The notes beneath the pieces are model-generated. The model was not told the origin of the DNA and did no database searches. It saw only the letters and a list, made by a program, of their open reading frames with translations. Shown one piece after another: positions 1-7,002 of a stretch of DNA of 36,464 nucleotides. This DNA is from a virus. Lineage: Duplodnaviria > Heunggongvirae > Uroviricota > Caudoviricetes. Made by a program: the position numbers and the translations under genes. The stretch lies in IMG/VR virus record IMGVR_UViG_2645727593_000019; one strand, given 5' to 3'. Each line of letters starts with the position of its first letter. Positions within the stretch are counted from its first letter, which is position 1.

Positions 1-993
1 CTAATCGATGGACAGTTTATGGACACTTTCAGCCAGCGGATTAAAGTTGATCGCGTCCTGTAAAAAGTCCGGCGAAAAATGAGCGTACGTCATTGTTTGC
101 TGAATCGTTGCGTGCCCCAGGATTCGTTGCAACGTAACAATATTTCCGCCATTCATCATAAAGTGTGTGGCAAATGTATGACGCATGACATGCGTAGCCT
201 GCCCCTTCGGCAAATCCGGTTTCACCTCCTGAAGAATCTCCCGGAACTTCAGATAATCAACCTGATACAATAACCCCGTTCGACGGGTTTTAATCAGAGG
301 CACGACCGAATCCGCCACAGGAACCGAACGGGATTTTCCGTTTTTGGTGTTAAAGAACGTCACCCGGTTGCCAACGATATGCTCTCCACGTAGTTCCGAT
401 GCTTCACTCCATCGGGCACCAGTAGAAAGACACAGAATGGCAACACGACGCGCATCACCCTCCAGTCGTTCAAGAAGCCGTTCAATCTCATCATCAGAAA
501 GAAAGGCCATCTCTGTGTTCTGAACTTTCAGTTTTCGTATACCGCGTACAGGGTTCGCGTTGTGAAAGACCTCAGCTTCAATCAGCACCGTGAACATGGT
601 AGACAGTACGCATAAGTCACGATTAATACTGGACGGCATTAATCCGGCCTGTAATTTCTCTGACCGATATTCAAGCATAAATTTTCGCGTCATCTGACTG
701 GCGCGAGGATCTCCCATTTCACGAACAACCTTCCCTAGCCTAACCCTGTAGCTATCCCCGTAAGCCTGATTACGCCCATCAAGCATCCACCACGCATCAA
801 GCAGCTCTGATAATCGCCGCTGATCAGCTGGCTTAGCCTGCCATGGCTTGTCATGAAAGTTCTGTAACACATACTTCTCAAACTCCTGAGCCTTTGATTT
901 CAGGGCAAAGATTTTTCGAATCCGCTTTCCTTCCGCCCCCTGCGGTCTGACATCGACCTGATAACGTCCGTCTTTGAGTTGCTTAATCGACAT
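1..993 (-). CDS. int: tyrosine integrase, P2 Int family
   Basis: Track ORF 1..1008; start trimmed to MSIKQLKDGRY to match the P2 Int N-terminus; C-terminal HxxR...Y region (MRHTFATHFM...MTYAHF) present; stop codon at bases 1-3. Confidence 0.9.
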   Translation of the reverse strand: MSIKQLKDGRYQVDVRPQGAEGKRIRKIFALKSKAQEFEKYVLQNFHDKPWQAKPADQRRLSELLDAWWMLDGRNQAYGDSYRVRLGKVVREMGDPRASQMTRKFMLEYRSEKLQAGLMPSSINRDLCVLSTMFTVLIEAEVFHNANPVRGIRKLKVQNTEMAFLSDDEIERLLERLEGDARRVAILCLSTGARWSEASELRGEHIVGNRVTFFNTKNGKSRSVPVADSVVPLIKTRRTGLLYQVDYLKFREILQEVKPDLPKGQATHVMRHTFATHFMMNGGNIVTLQRILGHATIQQTMTYAHFSPDFLQDAINFNPLAESVHKLSID

Positions 994-1062
994 GATTAGC
1001 CCCTCCAACGGATAAATTAACTAAACACTCCTTGCGATATGTAATTCGCTCAATGTGTAGAG

Positions 1063-1404
1063 TCAGCCAACATTGCGGCCTGATCGGGGTGATTTTTGGG
1101 TAATACCGATTGAAACCTGATCGCCCTCCGACTGAATAGATCCATCAAGAGAGAGAGCCGGAGCAATCTGCCCGGCGACAGGTAGCGTCTTATCTTTTAT
1201 TAGCCACAGCATGTATTTTTCAAAGCGATCGACTTGCAGAACCGCCTCAACGATTTTTGCTCTAGCGTTCTTTTGCCCCGATTCGTAATTCCTTATGGTT
1301 GCCAAAGACAACCCAGTAATATCCGCAAACTGCTTTTGTGTTAACCCTTCCGCCTTACGTATCTGACGTAACTTTTTTGCATAGTCTATTGACAAGATAA
1401 CCAT
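1063..1404 (-). CDS. C: immunity repressor, P2 C-like
   Basis: Track ORF 1063..1458 trimmed to MVILSIDYAKK; HTH (LTQKQFADITGLSLATIRNYESG) and GQIAPAL motif as in P2 C; divergent from the early operon. Confidence 0.75.
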   Translation of the reverse strand: MVILSIDYAKKLRQIRKAEGLTQKQFADITGLSLATIRNYESGQKNARAKIVEAVLQVDRFEKYMLWLIKDKTLPVAGQIAPALSLDGSIQSEGDQVSIGITQKSPRSGRNVG

Positions 1405-1449
1405 TTGAGTATTAACCTCTCGCACAAAGATAACCTTTTGGTTATCTTT
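1389..1449 (+). promoter_or_regulatory. early promoter Pe with repressor operator repeats
   Basis: TTGACA (1389-1394), 15-nt spacer, TATTAA (1410-1415); 8-bp direct repeat AGATAACC at 1395-1402 and 1428-1435 flanks the -10; the second copy lies in the perfect palindrome AAAGATAACC-TTTT-GGTTATCTTT (1426-1449). Confidence 0.55.
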
Positions 1450-1508
1450 ACAAGCCAAAACAAACCATCACAAGGCGCGACAAGCGCACCAACGCAAGAG
1501 GATAACAA

Positions 1509-2030
1509 ATGCGGGACTTCATTGCCGATAAAGAGTTATCTGACCACCAACCACTTCAGGAAAGTGACGCACTCAGCGGATCCATTGATGCCGCCAACGA
1601 CGACGAACACGAAGAAAACAAGAAAAAGCGTTCCTACAAAAAAGGAGCGACTTTACGGCTGGATGGTCCGATCGCCGGGCTTTGCTCTCTGGAAAAAGGC
1701 GCGGCATATATTGGGCTAACAAAATCTGCACTGCGCGTAGCCATTCATCGCGGTCAAATGCCGGGACACAAGACGCGCACAAACCCGGAAGATGAAAACT
1801 CAGACGGAGTATGGTGGTTTAACGCCAAAGAGTGGGACAAGTTGGCTGATGAGCTACCAGAGCACGAGCCCCCAGAATGGCACAACTGGAAAAGTTACTG
1901 GACGTATGACCGCCAGAAAAGGAAGTTCTCTCCAGCTAATAAAGAAGACTGCCAGACCATTAACGGTAAGCGAGTTTATACAGGCAGAAGCTCAAAACTG
2001 GACCAACTCAGAAACAACAGAGGCAACTAA
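1509..2030 (+). CDS. first early-operon protein at the cox position, predicted HTH regulator (Cox/excisionase-like?)
   Basis: Strong SD AAGAGGA before ATG 1509; HTH-like segment AAYIGLTKSALRVAIHRG; position equals P2 cox, but at 173 aa it is longer than P2 Cox. Confidence 0.55.
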   Translation: MRDFIADKELSDHQPLQESDALSGSIDAANDDEHEENKKKRSYKKGATLRLDGPIAGLCSLEKGAAYIGLTKSALRVAIHRGQMPGHKTRTNPEDENSDGVWWFNAKEWDKLADELPEHEPPEWHNWKSYWTYDRQKRKFSPANKEDCQTINGKRVYTGRSSKLDQLRNNRGN

Positions 2031-2034
2031 TCGT

Positions 2035-2457
2035 ATGAAAACAAACACGCCAGATTTCACAATAACTATTTCAAAAAATGACCAACCATTAATTGATAAC
2101 CTGAAATACCTTGCGGAAAAACATAATAACGGACGAATTGCAATTAATTTACGACACATCACAGGAGTAACAATTGTAACCAGTTACTGGCATCTATATC
2201 TAATCGCTAAATCAGTACTTGAAAACAAAGATTCTGTTGTCAATGGAAGAGATATAGATACTCTTCCTGCACAAATCAAACCGATAGCCTATCAATTGCG
2301 TAATCGTTTTAAAAATGAAGGTGGGATTATATTTGACTTTCCCGCAGCTGTAGCCGTGAGCTTCTCTCGGGAGGATATACTTCACTCATTTCGTTTTGCT
2401 CTATCAGGTGACGAGACATTATGGCAGCTAGAAGATGCCGGGAGCAGCCCGGCATAA
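2035..2457 (+). CDS. hypothetical protein, AT-rich cargo
   Basis: Track ORF 1792..2457 trimmed to the internal ATG at 2035 just after the upstream stop; low GC compared with flanks. Confidence 0.45.
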   Translation: MKTNTPDFTITISKNDQPLIDNLKYLAEKHNNGRIAINLRHITGVTIVTSYWHLYLIAKSVLENKDSVVNGRDIDTLPAQIKPIAYQLRNRFKNEGGIIFDFPAAVAVSFSREDILHSFRFALSGDETLWQLEDAGSSPA

Positions 2458-2463
2458 ATCAAA

Positions 2464-2655
2464 TTAAAAATCAACCAGTTGTGTGACAGGTGGGTATTTA
2501 CGCTGAATTTTGTCAGTTACTAACGCCAGTAATATATGAATCTCTGCGTTTAATGCGTCTTTATCACCCGTCGTTTTTACCCTGGGAGGGTTAATGTTAT
2601 CCAGAGCAGCACTAAGTTCACTCAACAAATTAACAACTTTTTTATCTTCTGACAT
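2464..2655 (-). CDS. hypothetical small protein (63 aa)
   Basis: Minus-strand ORF with SD AAGGGG upstream; convergent with 2035..2457; AT-rich. Confidence 0.4.
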   Translation of the reverse strand: MSEDKKVVNLLSELSAALDNINPPRVKTTGDKDALNAEIHILLALVTDKIQRKYPPVTQLVDF

Positions 2656-2790
2656 GAAAACCCCTTAACAATTTAATTAAACATAAGCCAGGACCTGAAC
2701 CGGCCAGTCCAAGTCCTAGACACACAAAAAATACCACAAATCAATACAAGGTGACACGAGTACACCTTACCGAAGGTACAGAGTTTTAAT

Positions 2791-3141
2791 ATGAAACTAC
2801 AGCGCAATTATTCACAGCAGCGCTTCCGCAACGGTGCGGAACGCCATGCTAACCGTTTCGCTATCAGTGCATCACGTAGCAACTCTCGCTACAGCCTGAG
2901 CGAAACACACGCAACGCCGGATGGCTACCCAATAAAACAAATCGGCGAGCATACCTGGCTGATTGAGAAAGCTGGAATTGTGGTCCACAAATGCCCACGC
3001 AATCCGTTTACCGGAAACCGCATTTTTGCATTGAGCTGCGGCGACAATCAGTTCGGGCAGGATTTCACATTATACGAAGCACTTCGCACGGTTGATCGTC
3101 TGCTTCGCGGGCAAAGTTTTATTAAACAGGCTGATTTATAA
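2791..3141 (+). CDS. hypothetical early protein
   Basis: Track ORF, first gene of a tightly packed rightward cluster. Confidence 0.45.
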   Translation: MKLQRNYSQQRFRNGAERHANRFAISASRSNSRYSLSETHATPDGYPIKQIGEHTWLIEKAGIVVHKCPRNPFTGNRIFALSCGDNQFGQDFTLYEALRTVDRLLRGQSFIKQADL

Positions 3142-3150
3142 CAGGTGCGT

Positions 3151-3439
3151 TATGACCAAAGAGCATGCACAAGGTGTATTTATCCGTTTTATTGATTTTC
3201 GCGGTGAACTGTTATTACGTGCATCCGCTATTGACGGAGTGACTCCGGCGGGTAAAAACGGAGCCGACGAAGCCACTTACGTTTATCTGAACGGCACGCG
3301 ACTGCTTGTGGAACTTCCGTACCAGACCGTACGAGAAATCATTAGCGAAGCTGAAAAGGCACGCCAGGCTAATGGCGATGAACCCTATATCGAAATTATT
3401 TGTATGGATTCAGAAGCTGAAATACAGAAAGCAGATTAA
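3151..3439 (+). CDS. hypothetical early protein
   Basis: Track ORF 3092..3439 trimmed to ATG 3151 (MTKEHAQG). Confidence 0.45.
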
Positions 3440-3447
3440 AGGGCGTT

Positions 3448-3693
3448 GTGATGGGCAAAGAATATAAAACTCTCATTAACAAAGCACTTGAGCGTTTTTA
3501 TTTTCGCTTAAGTGCATCAGGCGCTCATGCTGAACGTGCGGCCCGTGACTCATTGACCAGAGCAATCCGAAGTCTGTATGACGTGGCTTTTTACGCTGAT
3601 GATCTGGATGCACTTAACGAACTTTCCGAGCTGATCTGTGCCGCAGAATGCGGGGAACATATTGAACCGTATAAGCTGGGGAATATCGCATGA
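3448..3693 (+). CDS. hypothetical early protein
   Basis: Track ORF; stop overlaps the next small ORF start (ATGA). Confidence 0.45.
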   Translation: MMGKEYKTLINKALERFYFRLSASGAHAERAARDSLTRAIRSLYDVAFYADDLDALNELSELICAAECGEHIEPYKLGNIA

Positions 3694-3803
3694 GTATATT
3701 TATCTCATGGCTTGTTCTGATTATTTCGGTGGCCTGCGCTATTGGGATTATGCGAATTATTCATTCAGTAAAAAAGATTGAGCGTTTTTTCACTGAAGAA
3801 TAA
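3690..3803 (+). CDS. putative 37-aa single-pass membrane peptide
   Basis: ATG 3690 overlapping the upstream stop; translation MSIFISWLVLIISVACAIGIMRIIHSVKKIERFFTEE has a hydrophobic core; below the ORF-track length cutoff. Confidence 0.3.
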   Translation: MSIFISWLVLIISVACAIGIMRIIHSVKKIERFFTEE

Positions 3804-3838
3804 CAGCACAAATAAAACACACGATTAAATAAGAAAAC

Positions 3839-4156
3839 ATGAAAACAATCCGCACTCGCGGAGGTATCCATATATATAAACACGAGGTTAGCATGCTCAG
3901 GACAAATCAAAAAATACTGAAGGATGCATATTTTGACAGGGGGCGAGATCTCGCAAAGCTTTGCGCCGCACTAAAAGAAATCAGTCAGTATTTCACTGAT
4001 ATTGAAGATGATATAGCTAACAAAGGTGCCAGTATTACATTAGCGAACAGAGCACATTTTATGGGCTTTAATGTTTTCACAGCCATAAGAACATTAAAAG
4101 AACAAAAAGAAGAAATAGAAAAGCTCAAATACAGACATAAAGTCAAGAGGGTGTAA
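3839..4156 (+). CDS. hypothetical protein, AT-rich
   Basis: Track ORF; first gene of a translationally coupled run (3839-5960) with overlapping stop/start codons. Confidence 0.5.
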   Translation: MKTIRTRGGIHIYKHEVSMLRTNQKILKDAYFDRGRDLAKLCAALKEISQYFTDIEDDIANKGASITLANRAHFMGFNVFTAIRTLKEQKEEIEKLKYRHKVKRV

Positions 4157-4359
4157 TGGCAATTAAGCATTTTCCTGTCGTTCGCTTCACCTCCAGAGAC
4201 CGCGAATACGAGGTCGACGAACGACTGATTACCACTATCGACAAACATCGTTCGGAAAAGGATGCACATCACATCTATCTCACTGACGGCACTTACTTCT
4301 GCGCCACGAATGTGGTGCGGGTGAACCTTATCCGACAGGTACAGGAGTCACGCAGATGA
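4156..4359 (+). CDS. hypothetical protein
   Basis: Track ORF; TAATG overlap with the upstream gene. Confidence 0.45.
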   Translation: MAIKHFPVVRFTSRDREYEVDERLITTIDKHRSEKDAHHIYLTDGTYFCATNVVRVNLIRQVQESRR

Positions 4360-4622
4360 CCATTCTGGACTACATCGCTACCCATCCGGGTTGTAGCGGC
4401 GGAGAAATCGCCGCAGCACTGAATACCCCAACCACAGCCATCAATGCTGAGTTACGCCGACTCTGGCGCGGCGGCTTAGTCATCAGAACAAACCGCAGCA
4501 CAGGTGGTCGCGCTCGCAAAGCAGGAGGCCAGGCTTCTTACCACGTAAATCCGATGCCGTTCGGGTGTAGCAATCCACTTACTCACATGTTTAACCTGCT
4601 ACTGAAGGAAGCCAGAGCATGA
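4356..4622 (+). CDS. putative winged-helix DNA-binding protein
   Basis: Track ORF; ATGA overlap; sequence IATHPGCSGGEIAAALNTPTTAINAELRRLWRGGLV resembles a MarR/wHTH recognition region. Confidence 0.5.
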   Translation: MTILDYIATHPGCSGGEIAAALNTPTTAINAELRRLWRGGLVIRTNRSTGGRARKAGGQASYHVNPMPFGCSNPLTHMFNLLLKEARA

Positions 4623-4918
4623 GCGCCATCAACCACCAGGAATTACGCGAACTGGCGACTGACCTGCAACGAATGGCAACGCATCAAAAATTACTGGCGT
4701 TTCGCGCAATGCTCTCGCCATCTGCCGTGCTGGCACTGCTGGATGAGCTGGAGCACGCCAGAACCATGGCTCCTGCCATTCGTCTGACGCTCCATCATGA
4801 AATCAAGGATTTTTGCGCGACGCTGGAGTCACCAGGTGAATCAGAAACGCCGGAAGCAATGCAGCAGGAGCTGCTGCAACGCATCGACAACGTTTTCGAT
4901 TTTTTCCTTAACCAGTAA
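4619..4918 (+). CDS. hypothetical protein
   Basis: Track ORF; ATGA overlap with the upstream gene. Confidence 0.5.
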   Translation: MSAINHQELRELATDLQRMATHQKLLAFRAMLSPSAVLALLDELEHARTMAPAIRLTLHHEIKDFCATLESPGESETPEAMQQELLQRIDNVFDFFLNQ

Positions 4919-4929
4919 AGGACCGCGAT

Positions 4930-5133
4930 ATGAACAAAAAGACCTGGTTTCGCGCATACATGTGGGCGCTGGTATGCGTCCTCGTCTCTCTCATTCTGTA
5001 TGCAGGACTACTCCCCCGAATGATTTCATCAGACAGCTCCTTCCTGGTATTGCTGGGAATTTTCATTGCCATGCTGTACCCGGCAGGCGTTGTTCGCCTT
5101 TTCAGTAAGTACATCAAGGAAATCAAACAATGA
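4930..5133 (+). CDS. small two-TM membrane protein (possible NfeD-like partner of the SPFH protein)
   Basis: Two hydrophobic stretches (WALVCVLVSLILYAGLL and FLVLLGIFIAMLYPAGVV); stop overlaps the start of the downstream SPFH gene. Confidence 0.5.
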   Translation: MNKKTWFRAYMWALVCVLVSLILYAGLLPRMISSDSSFLVLLGIFIAMLYPAGVVRLFSKYIKEIKQ

Positions 5134-5960
5134 AGAAATTCAGACTCTTTCAGATTCTCCCGCTTTTTGCCGCCATCCTGCTGGTTGGTTGCGATCGCGT
5201 TGAGCCAGGTAATGTGGGCATCAAAGTCAACAAACTGGGCGACGACAAAGGCGTCGGTGAAGTGGTTGGCGTTGGCCGCTACTGGACAGGCTGGAATACA
5301 GAGGTTTACATCTTCCCGACCTTCAAACAAATGAAGAGTTACGATGAGCCGTTCAACTTCCAGATGAGTGACGGCACAACCATCGGCTATCACATCGGCG
5401 TGGCCTACAAAGTTGATCCATCCAAAGTTACCACGGTGTTTCAGACCTACCGCAAAGGCGTGGACGACATTACCGACACTGACCTGCGCCAGAAGATCGC
5501 CGATGCACTCAACCGACTGGCCAGCAAAATGACCACCGATAAGTTTATCGACGGTGGTAAGTCTGAACTGCTGGATTCAGCACTTAAAGATATTCAGGAA
5601 GAGATGACCCCCATCGGTATTCAGGTCATGAGCCTCTCTTATGTCGGTAAACCGGAATATCCGCCAACCGTTATCGACAGCATTAACGCCAAAGTCACGG
5701 CAAACCAGAAAACCCTGCAACGCGAACAGGAAGTCAAGCAGCGCGAAGCAGAAGCCAACATGTTGCGCGCAGAAGCTGCCGGACAGGCCGATGCCATTCG
5801 CACAAAAGCCCAGGCTGAAGCCGACGCCATTCGTTTACGCGGCGAAGCTCTGCGCCAGAATCCCGGCGTTATGGAGCTGGAAGCAATCAACAAATGGAAC
5901 GGCACGCTGCCGCAATACATGACCAGTAACACCGCTGTTCCGTTCGTTCCCGTGAAGTAA
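5130..5960 (+). CDS. SPFH/band-7 (stomatin-prohibitin-like) lipoprotein
   Basis: Signal peptide with lipobox LLVGC; band-7-like core followed by an Ala/Glu/Gln/Arg-rich coiled-coil tail (REQEVKQREAEANMLRAEAAGQADAIRTKAQAEADAIRLRGEA). Confidence 0.7.
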   Translation: MKKFRLFQILPLFAAILLVGCDRVEPGNVGIKVNKLGDDKGVGEVVGVGRYWTGWNTEVYIFPTFKQMKSYDEPFNFQMSDGTTIGYHIGVAYKVDPSKVTTVFQTYRKGVDDITDTDLRQKIADALNRLASKMTTDKFIDGGKSELLDSALKDIQEEMTPIGIQVMSLSYVGKPEYPPTVIDSINAKVTANQKTLQREQEVKQREAEANMLRAEAAGQADAIRTKAQAEADAIRLRGEALRQNPGVMELEAINKWNGTLPQYMTSNTAVPFVPVK

Positions 5961-5966
5961 TGACAC

Positions 5967-5991
5967 CCGGCCAGTGCAAACCGCTGGCCGG
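5967..5991 (+). terminator. stem-loop after the SPFH gene (possible terminator)
   Basis: CCGGCCAG/CTGGCCGG 8-bp stem; the T-run starts only about 14 nt downstream. Confidence 0.3.
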
Positions 5992-6327
5992 AGCAGCATC
6001 AGGATTTTTTAGTATGCCGTTCTCACAAAAAAACCGCTTGCCATGCCGCAATCAGTCAGGTTACATTTCCGCTGCACCTCATAAAACGGGGGCCGGGATT
6101 GGAACCCCGCAGACTACAAGAGCGCACAACCGCGCCAGCGGTTTTTTTGTGCGTACTGTATTGCCACGTCTTTTTCGCACACGAATTATGGTGGGGCGTA
6201 CGGGGCCGATTTCGGTCGGGCCGGGATCTCTTGTAGCCGGTAGTTCCAACCCTGTACGTCTCACCACCCCGAGCTTGGAACCTCTGGATGGTGAGTTTTC
6301 ACAACTTACTACAAGAGGCCACATATC

Positions 6328-6558
6328 ATGGCAAACCGCAAACAGCACCGCGCTATCGCGGAGCGTCGTCACATCCAGACTGAAATCAACCGCAGACTTT
6401 CCCGCGCATTCCGCGTCGCTAAAATCATGCACATCAATATGCTGCATGAGCGTAGCTGCGAACTTTCAAACCTCTACTCATCCGCTGTTTTCAGCTATCT
6501 GGCGGATGATCTGCGCGAGCTTCAGCAGCTCATCCAGCAGCAAAACAAACTCCATTAA
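6328..6558 (+). CDS. hypothetical basic protein (76 aa)
   Basis: SD ACAAGAGG 9 nt before ATG 6328; the same SD motif precedes the 6631 gene. Confidence 0.45.
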   Translation: MANRKQHRAIAERRHIQTEINRRLSRAFRVAKIMHINMLHERSCELSNLYSSAVFSYLADDLRELQQLIQQQNKLH

Positions 6559-6630
6559 TTCCTGTTCCGGGCCTTTCCTGCACCTTGCGGCGGGAGGCCT
6601 TCGCACATCTGTAACAAGAGGATTGCCGCA

Positions 6631-6996
6631 ATGATTCTCGCCAACGACTTTCTTGAATACCTGCTCAACACAGAGCGTGATCTTGCCGTTCGCGTGCGTG
6701 AACGTTATGACATGTACCTGAAATACCTGCCTGTACCGCAGCTCGCTGACGGAAAGATTGTTATTGATGGTCGCTACATGATTGACAGCCACGAGGGAAA
6801 TTACAGGCTTTACCGCATTGAAGGTGGCACCCCGTACGTTATTGGCATTTACCAGCGCCCATCCTCTGCAATCGTCGATGTGATTGCCGACAGCATCCGC
6901 ATCACACATCGCCATGCCGACACAGAAGACACCGTGCTGGAAATTCAGCGGCTGGCTACAGTCTGCCGCGACACCCTGAATGGTATGACGAAGTAA
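6631..6996 (+). CDS. hypothetical protein immediately upstream of A
   Basis: Track ORF with SD AAGAGG. Confidence 0.5.
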   Translation: MILANDFLEYLLNTERDLAVRVRERYDMYLKYLPVPQLADGKIVIDGRYMIDSHEGNYRLYRIEGGTPYVIGIYQRPSSAIVDVIADSIRITHRHADTEDTVLEIQRLATVCRDTLNGMTK

Positions 6997-7002
6997 ATCA
7001 CT

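Noticed and set aside
1792-2034. N-terminal extension of track ORF 1792..2457
   Set aside because: It overlaps the 1509..2030 gene in another frame; the real start is more likely the ATG at 2035 just after that gene's stop.
6060-6270. Possible tRNA or retron msr/msd element in the GC-rich spacer
   Set aside because: No canonical T-loop or cloverleaf could be drawn by eye and there is no reverse transcriptase gene nearby; kept only as an unspecified structured region.
5960-6634. 224-aa plus-strand ORF spanning the structured intergenic region
   Set aside because: No SD; implausible composition; overlaps the well-supported 6328 gene in another frame; the region is better explained as structured non-coding DNA.
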